Origin: an uncultured cyanobacterium
Lineage (GTDB): Bacteria > Cyanobacteriota > Cyanobacteriia > Cyanobacteriales > Cyanobacteriaceae
Assembly: GCA_963749915.1 (NCBI GenBank)
Contig: CAVVOP010000021.1
Location: 160,001-224,000, forward strand
Length of the DNA: 64,000 nt
Direction of reading: 5' to 3'
Part shown: positions 9,303 through 18,723 of the stretch, piece by piece
Position numbering within the stretch: the stretch's first letter is position 1
How the letters are laid out: every line of letters begins with the position of its first letter
Notes under the pieces: model-generated
Seen by the model: the letters and a program-made list of their open reading frames with translations, nothing else
What the model was told of the DNA's origin: nothing
The model's database searches: none
Program-made: the position numbers and the translations under genes

Positions 9303-10885
9303 ATGAAGCATGGTAACGAAAGCTTTTAAATTGAAGGTGGATTAATTGATGCCCCGTTGTTCCCCGAAGTGTTATTTCATGGGGAGAATGGACGTAGTGG
9401 GGTCATTCCCCGTGACCTCAAACCCAAGTCTGGCGAGCTACTTCCAAAGCCAACTCGCAAGTTTTGTCGGCTGTTTGAGAAAGGCGAGCAGCCATGTGCG
9501 GAAGGTTTGATCAAGCTAGGACTGAGCATGGAAACTGAAACAACCCAGGATTCTAACGATAATCAAAATACTGAGATCCCAGCAGGTTATACTTACTTGG
9601 GACAGTTCATTGATCATGACATCACACTAGACCGCAAAACTGAGCTCACAGTGAACGGAAATGTCGAGCCAGGTTGTATAGAAAACTTCCGTACTCCGAG
9701 TCTTGACCTAGACAGTCTCTACGGGAACGGGCCAGGTTGCGAAAACCAAAGTACTATACAACGATGACAAGAGAACCTTCAAATTGGCAAGACCAGCCCT
9801 GTTGAAAAGTACATTTAGGTAAAGGTGATCTTAGCACCCAAACGATTTGCCACGTCAAGGTGATGGTGCTGACTCTGGGAATCCAGAATATTATGTTGCG
9901 ATTATTGGTGACCATCGCAATGACGAAAATCTTGCCGTTGCGCAGACGCATCTGGCTTTTCTAAAATTTCACAATGCTCTCGCTGATGCTAAGATCCTGA
10001 CGAAATCTTTCGAGGAACTTCGTCGTGAAGTGACTCTGCACTATCAGGCTATTATTTTGACTGACTTCCTACCTAAAATTCTGGATCAGGAAGTTCTTAA
10101 TGATGTCTTGCAAAACGGACGAAAGTTCTATACTGATGACAAAAAAGATTGTATGCCAATCGAATTCTCAGTTGCAGCCCATCGGCTGGGACACAGTATG
10201 GTACGACCCAGCTATCAATGGAATAGGATACATAATGAAGCCACTTTGAAAGAACTCTTCGAGTTTTCTGGAGGAAGTGGTTCCAGAGGTCCAGAAGATA
10301 AACCGTTTGCGGATCGCGACACGTTACCATCAGATTGGATTATCAACTGGAAACTATTCTATGACCTCAGTGAAGTAGGTAAAGACTGTGATGAACAGTT
10401 GAATTACGCCCGTAAGCTAGACACTAACATAGCAGTGCAATTGAAAAAATTACCAGAATTCCAAAAGATGGCCGAGAAAGTCCCAGCTCCTCTCCTCTCA
10501 TTGGCAACTCGTAATCTACTACGAGGTCGACTTGTCTCTTTACCGAGTGGGCAGGAAGTCGCCGCAGCAGTGGGAGAAACTGCTTTAACCCCAGAGGAAA
10601 TTCTGAAGAAACGTGACAGAAGATCAAGCCAAAATTCTAAAAGACAAAGACCATGATTTCGATGAAGTCACACCATTGTGGTACTACATTTTGCGAGAAG
10701 CTATGGTACAAGCCAACGGTAATCATTTGGGGAAAGTGGGTAGCCGCATCGTAGCTGAAACTTTTGTAGGCTTGATTGAAAACAGTCCTATCAATGTTAG
10801 GAGTGAACGGCCAGCCCTATCTTTTTCCATGCGTGAGTTGCTAATGGAACTCCCGTATAAAGATATCAATCCATTAGGTTGCTAA
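9303..10885 (+). pseudogene. animal-type (peroxidase-cyclooxygenase superfamily) heme peroxidase with several lesions
   Basis: PAGYTYLGQFIDHDIT, RTPSLDLDSLYG, GDHRNDEN, EFSVAAHRLGHSMVR, RNLLRG, TPLWYYILREA, LGKVGSRIVAE spread over three frames; in-frame TAA at 9327 after MKHGNESF; frameshifts at about 9750-9845 and about 10610. Confidence 0.85.
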
Positions 10886-10977
10886 AAGATTTTTGTGCTC
10901 TATAATTAAGCACATTGGATTGAAACATCATTCATACTCAGACTGACAAGAATTAAATTTTTCAAGGAGAATCTACG

Positions 10978-11673
10978 ATGTTTGATTTTTACCGTACTCT
11001 TCCTCCAAGGGAACTAATGAACCATTCCACCTGGGGCGTATTTAAAAATTTTGGCGTTCAATATTCCAAACTCATGGCTTGGACATGGTTGAACATAGAT
11101 TTGGAGAACCAACAAGATGAGCAAAAATTGAGAAAAGGGTTCGTTCGCCTCCTTCAAAAGCAAGCCACGAATGCACAGGCTTATAGTAAGTGTCAGACTC
11201 CACCAGATGTACTAGATAAGGCAAAGGAAGCTTCTAAGAATATTAAACAGTTGCTCCTTGGTAAAAAAATAGAAACATCTGATATAGAAACATCTGATGA
11301 AAAAATCATCGAGCTAGCACAAATCGATCTAACCTTGTCAGAGGTTCTTCGAAAGTACACTGAACAACCTCTTATGACATCCTCCGATGGGGACGAGCAT
11401 GTACACAAAATGTTTGATGAAATGTTTAATGTGCAAGTAATTACCGATTCATTTGTTGGTAGCATTATTTATGCACCAGGCAAGGATTCAACCAGTGAAG
11501 ATAAAGATAAGTATATCATAGAACTTGCTGCTCCACCTCGTCCTGTATCCAGTGAAGATCCTTTTGCTTTGGTGTCAAATCAAGTGTTAGAAACCTGGAT
11601 TAATACACCCGATGACAAGCCCATCAAGTATGCAGGGCCTCCTTCTGCTTATATTCCGTGGTCGGCAAGCTGA
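10978..11673 (+). CDS. elongated nitrile-hydratase-leader-like (NHLP-like) protein, candidate RiPP precursor
   Basis: AGGAG RBS; YSKLMAWTW resembles NHLP (L/I)IAxAW; ELAAPPRP resembles LVLPPRP; LVSNQVLETW resembles LSDEELE; short tail PPSAYIPWSAS; located in the YcaO operon. Confidence 0.55.
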   Translation: MFDFYRTLPPRELMNHSTWGVFKNFGVQYSKLMAWTWLNIDLENQQDEQKLRKGFVRLLQKQATNAQAYSKCQTPPDVLDKAKEASKNIKQLLLGKKIETSDIETSDEKIIELAQIDLTLSEVLRKYTEQPLMTSSDGDEHVHKMFDEMFNVQVITDSFVGSIIYAPGKDSTSEDKDKYIIELAAPPRPVSSEDPFALVSNQVLETWINTPDDKPIKYAGPPSAYIPWSAS

Positions 11674-11884
11674 ATACGATCGCCAGACTCTCTTGAAGAG
11701 AATCGCTTTCTGACTTTAGAGATACGTGCATCATCGCCTCTCAAATTTGAGAAATGTATCAGGTTAAGATGTCTCGAAATATTGAAAAACCTTTCGGATA
11801 TTATTCAATGCCCGAAAGGTTATTTTTATCTATAATTTTGTAAGCATCTCTTGAGAAATTTAATCTACAATAGATGATGAGTTT

Positions 11885-14800
11885 GTGAAGCAGGATAGCA
11901 AACGCAAATGGGATAGTAGGATGAGTACGATCTTTGATTATCAAATTGTCACAAAAATTTACGAAAGCCCCAACTCCTTAGTTTATCGGGCTCTACCCTG
12001 TACTGATGAGCGTTCCGTAATTCTTAAAGTTCTCAAGAAAGATTATCCAAACCCGTCAGAGCTGACACGCTACAAACAAGAATACGAAATTACTCGCTCT
12101 CTCAAACTCGAAGGCGCGATCTCGGCTTCCGATCTATTTCCTTACGAAAATAGCCTCGCAATCGTTCTGGAAGATTTTGGGGCTCAATCTTTAGATATTT
12201 GGCTCAAATCTCGGGTTTTTACAATTTTAGAATTCTTGCAAATTGCCATACAAATTGCAGAAGCATTGGCTGGAATTCATGGGGCGAATATTATTCACAA
12301 AGATATTAATCCTTCGAACATTCTTTTTAATCCCAAAACTAGACAAGTAAAAATTATTGATTTTGGCATTTCTAGCATTTTTACGAAAGAAGCGCCTGTT
12401 CTGAAAAATCCCGATATTTTAGAAGGAACATTGGCCTATATGTCCCCAGAACAGACGGGAAGAATGAATCGTTCGCTTGACTATAGGACGGATTTTTATT
12501 CCTTGGGGGCAACGTTTTATACCATCTTGACCGAGCGACTGGTTTTTGAGGCTCGCGATGCGCTAGAGCTAGTTCACTGTCATATCGCCCGCGAACCCAC
12601 CCCTCCCCATGAAATTAACCCCTCTATCCCAGAAATCCTCTCTCGCATCGTGATGAAACTGCTTGCGAAAACAGCCGAGGAACGTTATCAAAGTGCCTTG
12701 GGTTTAAAGGTAGATTTAGAAGAATGCTTCGCACAGCTACAACAAACTGGAAAGATCTTAGAATTTCCGCTCGCTTGCCACGATTTGACCGAGCAATTTC
12801 AAATTCCGCAGAAACTTTACGGGCGAGAACCAGAGATTGAGGTTTTGCTTTCATCCTTCCAAAGAATTGTCGAGCCAGAAAACCAAGAACAGCCTCATGA
12901 GGGAGACAAAACAACGGGAGTTGATGCCCATCGAAAACGAGCTGAAGTCGCCCTTGTCGGCGGCTATTCCGGTATTGGTAAAACTTCCCTCATTCGGGAA
13001 CTCTACAAGCCTATCACCCAACAGCACGGCTACTTTATTGCGGGTAAATTCGACCAGTTTCAGCGCAATATTCCCTATTCGGCGGTCGTTGCAGCCTTCC
13101 AATCCCTCGCACGACAATTGCTTTCTGAAAGCCCGGCCCGGCTGGCTCAATGGCGCGAAAAATTGATCGCTTCTTTTGGCTCGAACGGTCAAGTCATCAT
13201 TGATGTTATTCCCGAGATTCAGCAAATCGTCGGGCCTCAGCCTCCCGTGCCGCCCATGGAACCCTCAGAGGCAAAAAACCGATTTAATCGTGTTTTCCAG
13301 AATTTTGTCCGAGTTTTTTGTCAGCGATCGCACCCTCTAGTCATTTTTCTAGACGATTTGCAATGGGCAGATTCGGCGAGCTTGCAGCTAATCGAACTAA
13401 TAATGACAGACAGCCAAATGGAGCATCTGCTTTTGCTCGGTGCCTATCGGGACAATGAGGTCAATCCCCATCATCCTGCCATGCTGTGGGTGGAGCGATT
13501 GAAAGAGCAGAATCAGATCGTTAACAGCATTATCCTCAAACCGCTTGAGCTTGAAGAAGTCGCTCAACTCCTTGCAGATGCATTCTATAGCGATCGAGAA
13601 ACCGTGCAAGCTTTAGCCAATTTAGTTTTGCAAAAGACTTCAGGGAATCCCTTCTTTATTAATGAATTTTTGAGAACGATCTACCAAACAAATCTATTAA
13701 CTCTCGATCGGAACCTTAGGTGTTGGCAGTGGGACGTAGATCGGATTCGAGCTGCAGACATTACAGATAATGTAGTGGACTTAATGCTAGGCAAGCTCAA
13801 AAAACTGATGCAGAAGACACAGATCGTACTTCGTCTAGCGGCCTGTGTTGGCAACCGCTTCGATCTCGGCACGCTCTCTATTATTTACGAAAAGCCTGCT
13901 GTTGAAGTTTTCAAAGAGCTTTTGCCTGCAATTCAGATGGGTTTCGTTCAGCCGACATCAGAGCTGGAAACGACCTCGGAAGATCCCATTGAATCTGACC
14001 TAGTCATTCAGGATTATGTATTTCGACACGATCGTATTCAACAGGCTGCTTACGCACTCATCGATCCCGATCAAAGGAAGGCAATTCACTTGCAAATTGG
14101 CAGATTATTAGTTACCAGTCTTGGGGAAAGCGAGCGAGAAGAGCAAATATTTACCTTGGTCGATCATCTCAATAAAGGAATAGACCTAGTCTCCGAAATA
14201 GACGAAAAAATAAAGCTAGTGGAGCTGAACTTGTATGCTGCGAAGAAGGCTAAAGAAGCAGTAGCCTACATGGCGGCTAGAGAATATTTAACTGTGGTGA
14301 GCAACGAATTCCCGGGAGAGATTTGGGAAGATCGCTACGACATGGCAATCGATCTTTACAGAGAACTTGCCGAAGTTGAATATCTTAACGGTGACTTCGA
14401 GAAATCCCAATCTCTAATTTCAATGTCTCTCGATCGAGTGCAAACGGATCTCGATAGCATAAGGTTTTACTTATTGAAAATCACGGTAAATGTTATGTTA
14501 GGACGCTACGTAGAAGCTCTTGCAGTGGGTCGAACTGCTTTGAAAATGCTAGGAACTGACTTACCCGATCAAGACCTTTCCTCAGCATTCGAGACGGAAC
14601 TTGTCAAGTGTAGAGAGGCTTTAGGCGATCGAGAAATCGACACTTTATACGATAATCCTGAAATGAGTTCTCCGAGAAAAGAAGCAGAGTTTGAACTCTT
14701 ATATAGGATGCTTCCTACTGCTTGGTCTACAGACCCAAAGTTAATAAATGTTGTAATCAGTAAAATAGCGAATATCAATATTGAATACGGACATACACCA

Positions 14801-17662
14801 TTCTCTCCATTAGCCTATGTTTTCTTTGGTATAATCAACAATCACGCTCTTGGCGAATATCATGTGGGTTCCCAATATAGCTCCCTTGCTTTGAGATTAT
14901 CTGATAAGTATGGAAATTTACAGTCTAAGGGAGTTGTGTTGTCTTATAGCGCGAATATGATAATGCTTTGGCTTCGACATATCAAGGATTCTGAGAAGGT
15001 TAACAACGAAGGCTTTAATTTTTGTTTGGAAGCTGGAGATATAGAATTTGCTGGATACTCATCTGTCTATAACCTATATAATTTAATTTATCAGGGGAAA
15101 AACTTGGAAATTCTTCTGAAAGAGGTGTCTCTCGGCCTGCAATTTAGTCAAAAGATCCAAAATCAATGGACTATTGATTGTCTGCTTGCTGCTAGGATTA
15201 TCATCAAAAATTTGCTTGGTGAAACCCCCAATAAGCACAGTTTCAATCTTGAAGAAGTTACTGAAGAGAATTTTATAGAAGCTTGCGGCAGCGAAAGAAC
15301 CCCAGCAGCACTTTGTTTTTATCAGATATTTAAAGCCCAAGTGCTTTACTTGTACGAACAACCCGCTCCATTAGCCTTATTAGAAGAATCAGCTAAATTA
15401 TTTGGCTACATTCCAGCAACGATATCAATTGCCAAGCATAATTTTTATTATTCGCTAACCCTGATTGCCCATTATCCAGAATCATCACTAGCAGAACAAC
15501 AAGAATACAGGCAACAATTAGAAACCAATCAAAAACAGATGAAAACGTGGGCAGATAACTGCGAGGCCAACTTCTTGCACAAATATCTCCTCGTCGCCGC
15601 AGAAATGGCTCGTATTTCTGACCAATGGACAGAAGCAATGGAACTCTACGATCGCGCCATTGAGTCCGGCAAAGAACACGAATTCATCCAAAACGAAGCA
15701 TTAGGCAACGAACTAGCCGCCAAATTCTGGCTGGCACGAGGGAAAGAAGACTTTGCCAAACTCTATATGAGAAAAGCACGTCAAGGCTATCAGCTCTGGG
15801 GCGCAAAACGTAAAGTCGAAGACTTAGAAGAAAGGTATCCACAATGGTTTACCTCGCAATCCTACGAGTCTGACGACGTAACCACAACTTCCACGGGACG
15901 AACTGCCAAGTCCTTAGACATTGAAACCGTTATTAAAGCCTCAGAAACCCTATCCAAAGAAATTGTCTTAAAAAACTTACTCGCCAAGTTGATGAAAATC
16001 GCCATTGAAAATGCAGGCGCACAAAAAGGTTTCTTGATTTTAGAGAAAGAAGAAAATTGGTTCATTGAAGCCGAAGGCAATGTCGATGAGAGTAAGACAA
16101 AATTATTACAATCCATTCCGATTGAAACTAAAGAAACAACAGAACCCCCTTTACTTTGCTCAGCCATTGTCAATTATGTTGCTCGCGCTAAAAAGAACAT
16201 TATTTTAGACGATGCTTGCCATGAAGGAGACTTTACCAACGACCCTTATATCCTCTCAACCCAAGCCAAATCCATCCTCTGCATCCCCTTAGTACACCAA
16301 AGTCACGTTAGCGGCATTCTCTACCTCGAAAATAACCTCAGCACCAACGCTTTTACCAGCGATCGCCTTGAACTCCTCAACATCCTTTCCAGTCAGGCGG
16401 CGATTTTGATCGAAAACTCCCGCCTCTACCAGACTCTAGAGCAAAAAGTCGAAGAACGCACCCTAGAACTCTCCCAAACCCTGGATATTCTCAAAGCCAC
16501 CCAAGCCGAACTGCTCTTTGAAAACGAGCTACTCAGAAGTACCGAAGAACCCTCCACCTTTGACTATCAAGTAGGTGGGAGCTTGCCCATGGATGCCCCC
16601 ACTTATGTAGTGCGCTCCGCAGACCGCTACCTCTACAAAGCCTTGAAGCGCGGGGAGTTTGGCTACGTCCTCAATCCCCGCCAAATGGGTAAATCCAGCC
16701 TGATGGTACGCATGATGTATCACCTCCAGCACGAGGGAGTAAGCTGTGCGGCGATTGATATGACTCGCATTGGCAGTGAAAACGTTACTCCTGACCAATG
16801 GTACAAGGGATTGGCATTCGAGCTATGGCGAAGTTTTGGTTTGCTAGGGAAGGTCAATCTCAAAGCTTGGTGGCAAGAGCGAGAAGATATTTCGACCGTT
16901 CAGCGGTTGAGTCAATTTATCGAAGAAGTGCTGCTGGTTGAAGTCGGCGGAGAAGATGGCACTCCCTCAAAACAACTGGTAATTCTTATCGATGAAATTG
17001 ATAGCGTCTTGGGTTTAGATTTCCCGATTAATGACTTTTTTGCCCTGATTCGCTCCTGCTACAACCAGCGCAGTCTCAATCCCGAGTATCGGCGTTTAAC
17101 CTTTGCTTTCTTTGGTGTCGCCACCCCCTCGGATTTAATTACCGACAACCAGACCACCCCTTTTAACATCGGTCAGGCTATTCAACTAGAGGGCTTTAAA
17201 GAGCATGAAGCCCAACCTTTACTGCAAGGATTAGCAGAGAAAGTGAGCAACCCGCAAACGGTGCTCAAAGAAGTCTTGGCCTGGACGAGTGGCCAGCCTT
17301 TTCTTACCCAAAAGCTCTGTAAGCTGATCCGCACTGCCTCTTCTCCTATTCCCCAGGGCGATGAAGCCGACTGGATTGAGAATTTAGTCCAAACTCAGAT
17401 AATCAAAAATTGGGAATCCCAGGATGAGCCAGAACATTTGCGAACCATCCGAGATCGCCTCCTCAGAAGCCAACAATCTGTTGAGCTACTAGAACTCTAC
17501 CGACAAATCTTACATCAGGGAGAAGTTGTCGCCACCGACAGTCCAGAAGAAAAGGAATTGCTCTTATCGGGGCTGGTGGTCAAGCAACAGGGGTCTCCCA
17601 AAGTCCATAACCGCATTTATGAATTAATCTTCGACCGCAGTTGGGTTGAGCAGCACATCTAA
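11885..17662 (+). CDS. Ser/Thr kinase - AAA ATPase - helical repeat - GAF - coiled coil - AAA_35 fusion protein
   Basis: [35 protein letters not shown] and [12 protein letters not shown] with [16 protein letters not shown]-terminal [37 protein letters not shown]; likely start ATG 11921. Confidence 0.9.
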   Translation: MKQDSKRKWDSRMSTIFDYQIVTKIYESPNSLVYRALPCTDERSVILKVLKKDYPNPSELTRYKQEYEITRSLKLEGAISASDLFPYENSLAIVLEDFGAQSLDIWLKSRVFTILEFLQIAIQIAEALAGIHGANIIHKDINPSNILFNPKTRQVKIIDFGISSIFTKEAPVLKNPDILEGTLAYMSPEQTGRMNRSLDYRTDFYSLGATFYTILTERLVFEARDALELVHCHIAREPTPPHEINPSIPEILSRIVMKLLAKTAEERYQSALGLKVDLEECFAQLQQTGKILEFPLACHDLTEQFQIPQKLYGREPEIEVLLSSFQRIVEPENQEQPHEGDKTTGVDAHRKRAEVALVGGYSGIGKTSLIRELYKPITQQHGYFIAGKFDQFQRNIPYSAVVAAFQSLARQLLSESPARLAQWREKLIASFGSNGQVIIDVIPEIQQIVGPQPPVPPMEPSEAKNRFNRVFQNFVRVFCQRSHPLVIFLDDLQWADSASLQLIELIMTDSQMEHLLLLGAYRDNEVNPHHPAMLWVERLKEQNQIVNSIILKPLELEEVAQLLADAFYSDRETVQALANLVLQKTSGNPFFINEFLRTIYQTNLLTLDRNLRCWQWDVDRIRAADITDNVVDLMLGKLKKLMQKTQIVLRLAACVGNRFDLGTLSIIYEKPAVEVFKELLPAIQMGFVQPTSELETTSEDPIESDLVIQDYVFRHDRIQQAAYALIDPDQRKAIHLQIGRLLVTSLGESEREEQIFTLVDHLNKGIDLVSEIDEKIKLVELNLYAAKKAKEAVAYMAAREYLTVVSNEFPGEIWEDRYDMAIDLYRELAEVEYLNGDFEKSQSLISMSLDRVQTDLDSIRFYLLKITVNVMLGRYVEALAVGRTALKMLGTDLPDQDLSSAFETELVKCREALGDREIDTLYDNPEMSSPRKEAEFELLYRMLPTAWSTDPKLINVVISKIANINIEYGHTPFSPLAYVFFGIINNHALGEYHVGSQYSSLALRLSDKYGNLQSKGVVLSYSANMIMLWLRHIKDSEKVNNEGFNFCLEAGDIEFAGYSSVYNLYNLIYQGKNLEILLKEVSLGLQFSQKIQNQWTIDCLLAARIIIKNLLGETPNKHSFNLEEVTEENFIEACGSERTPAALCFYQIFKAQVLYLYEQPAPLALLEESAKLFGYIPATISIAKHNFYYSLTLIAHYPESSLAEQQEYRQQLETNQKQMKTWADNCEANFLHKYLLVAAEMARISDQWTEAMELYDRAIESGKEHEFIQNEALGNELAAKFWLARGKEDFAKLYMRKARQGYQLWGAKRKVEDLEERYPQWFTSQSYESDDVTTTSTGRTAKSLDIETVIKASETLSKEIVLKNLLAKLMKIAIENAGAQKGFLILEKEENWFIEAEGNVDESKTKLLQSIPIETKETTEPPLLCSAIVNYVARAKKNIILDDACHEGDFTNDPYILSTQAKSILCIPLVHQSHVSGILYLENNLSTNAFTSDRLELLNILSSQAAILIENSRLYQTLEQKVEERTLELSQTLDILKATQAELLFENELLRSTEEPSTFDYQVGGSLPMDAPTYVVRSADRYLYKALKRGEFGYVLNPRQMGKSSLMVRMMYHLQHEGVSCAAIDMTRIGSENVTPDQWYKGLAFELWRSFGLLGKVNLKAWWQEREDISTVQRLSQFIEEVLLVEVGGEDGTPSKQLVILIDEIDSVLGLDFPINDFFALIRSCYNQRSLNPEYRRLTFAFFGVATPSDLITDNQTTPFNIGQAIQLEGFKEHEAQPLLQGLAEKVSNPQTVLKEVLAWTSGQPFLTQKLCKLIRTASSPIPQGDEADWIENLVQTQIIKNWESQDEPEHLRTIRDRLLRSQQSVELLELYRQILHQGEVVATDSPEEKELLLSGLVVKQQGSPKVHNRIYELIFDRSWVEQHI

Positions 17663-17672
17663 GGGCAACGGG

Positions 17673-17759
17673 AGTCAGAAACAAGTCAGTCAATCTCAAG
17701 CTTGAACTCAGTTACAAGTCAGAAACAAGTTAGTCAATCTCAAGTTTGAACTCAGTTAC
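17673..17759 (+). repeat. 44-bp tandem duplication overlapping cis element copy B
   Basis: AGTCAGAAACAAGTYAGTCAATCTCAAGYTTGAACTCAGTTAC at 17673 and 17717. Confidence 0.9.
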
Positions 17760-17812
17760 CAGTAGGTTTTACTGAATATATCAGGTTCAAACAAGTAGAA
17801 CTTGATGTTCAA
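17714..17812 (+). promoter_or_regulatory. conserved 99-bp cis element, copy B
   Basis: Matches reverse complement of 3127-3225; followed by GGAG RBS and ATG 17841. Confidence 0.75.
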
Positions 17813-17840
17813 CAAATTCAAACTTGGAGACCTTTTTCTG

Positions 17841-18158
17841 ATGAACAGAACTAGATTGAATCAGCTATCTCAGAAGCTATCTGACTTGCAAGCAGCTTGT
17901 CAAGGAAAATTTTCTCTGGATAGTGAAACTGAAGCGGTATTTCAAGAGTTAGCAGCAGAAATTGCCAGCCATCATCAGCATCATGTTTGTGAACAAGATA
18001 ATCAATTGCTGTATCTGGAAATTTTGCGCTACTTCCATCAGATTCATACTTTCCTTGATAATCAGCTTTCCTCGGGTGAATTGCCAAAGATGGCTGAGGA
18101 ATTATTGGAGATTGTCTCCTGTCAGGAATTTGAAAAGATCGCCCAATATTTTGTCTAA
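17841..18158 (+). CDS. hypothetical protein (helical, His-rich patch)
   Basis: ORF track 17802-18158; the GGAG RBS favours ATG 17841 (MNRTRLNQ). Confidence 0.55.
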   Translation: MNRTRLNQLSQKLSDLQAACQGKFSLDSETEAVFQELAAEIASHHQHHVCEQDNQLLYLEILRYFHQIHTFLDNQLSSGELPKMAEELLEIVSCQEFEKIAQYFV

Positions 18159-18184
18159 TCAGGATTTGTTAATTGTTACTTCAA

Positions 18185-18227
18185 ATCAGCTTCAAACAAG
18201 TCCAATCTGAGGTTCAACCAAACTCAA
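18185..18227 (+). promoter_or_regulatory. partial third copy of the cis element
   Basis: ATCAGCTTCAAACAAGTCCAATCTGAGGTTCAAC versus ATCAGGTTCAAACAAGTAGAACTTGATGTTCAAC in copy B; followed by AGGAG RBS. Confidence 0.6.
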
Positions 18228-18243
18228 TCACAGGAGAAATCAA

Positions 18244-18420
18244 ATGCAATTAATCGAGAAATCTCACCCACAAGCTGAATTAAAGACCGTTAACTCACCC
18301 AGTAAACTGCCCCGGCGTAAGTTATCTGCCCAATGGAAAGTTGTTGAAGGAAAACTTCGTTGTTTTTGGGTAGCTGAAAATACATCTAATACATTTAATA
18401 CATCTAATCACAATCACTAA
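18244..18420 (+). CDS. 58-aa small protein (not in ORF track)
   Basis: AGGAG RBS; MQLIEKSHPQAELKTVNSPSKLPRRKLSAQWKVVEGKLRCFWVAEN...; the KLxAxWxxxxGKLxCxW pattern resembles small cyanobacterial proteins. Confidence 0.65.
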   Translation: MQLIEKSHPQAELKTVNSPSKLPRRKLSAQWKVVEGKLRCFWVAENTSNTFNTSNHNH

Positions 18421-18432
18421 GGAGAGAAGACC

Positions 18433-18687
18433 ATGGAACTTTGTTATCGCGGAGTGAGCTACGGTTATGAACCACCAGTTGTGGCAACAACAGTTGGGGA
18501 AGTTGGCGGCAAGTATCGGGGTCTAAATTGGCAATTACGTAACTTGAAGAACCCACCAGTGCTGCGGTCGACAGATAACCTGACTTATCGGGGTGTTAAG
18601 TATAATAAGCCTGGCACAATTACCGCAAGAACAATTGAGCCTGAGACGACACTGACTATATCTACTGAACAAAAAGCTTGCTTGTAA
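18433..18687 (+). CDS. DUF4278 family protein
   Basis: Repeated YRG motifs: MELCYRGVSY, GKYRG, LTYRGVKY; AAGGAG RBS. Confidence 0.85.
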   Translation: MELCYRGVSYGYEPPVVATTVGEVGGKYRGLNWQLRNLKNPPVLRSTDNLTYRGVKYNKPGTITARTIEPETTLTISTEQKACL

Positions 18688-18723
18688 ATTATAAATTGAT
18701 TTTATTGGGGGAGTATCTAAGAT

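Noticed and set aside
4802..11673. Cyanobactin (pat-type) cluster
   Set aside because: No subtilisin proteases, no PatE leader/cassette precursor, no oxidase or prenyltransferase
17673..17759. CRISPR array
   Set aside because: Only two abutting units, no spacers, no cas genes
3127..17812. Transposon terminal inverted repeats
   Set aside because: No transposase inside, no target duplication at the outer ends, and a third same-orientation partial copy precedes another RBS; a regulatory role fits better
18160..18432. Glutamine (glnA-type) riboswitch often found before DUF4278 genes
   Set aside because: Consensus CGTTCA...GACGGAAGTA...GAAGGAACG not found; the space is occupied by a small ORF
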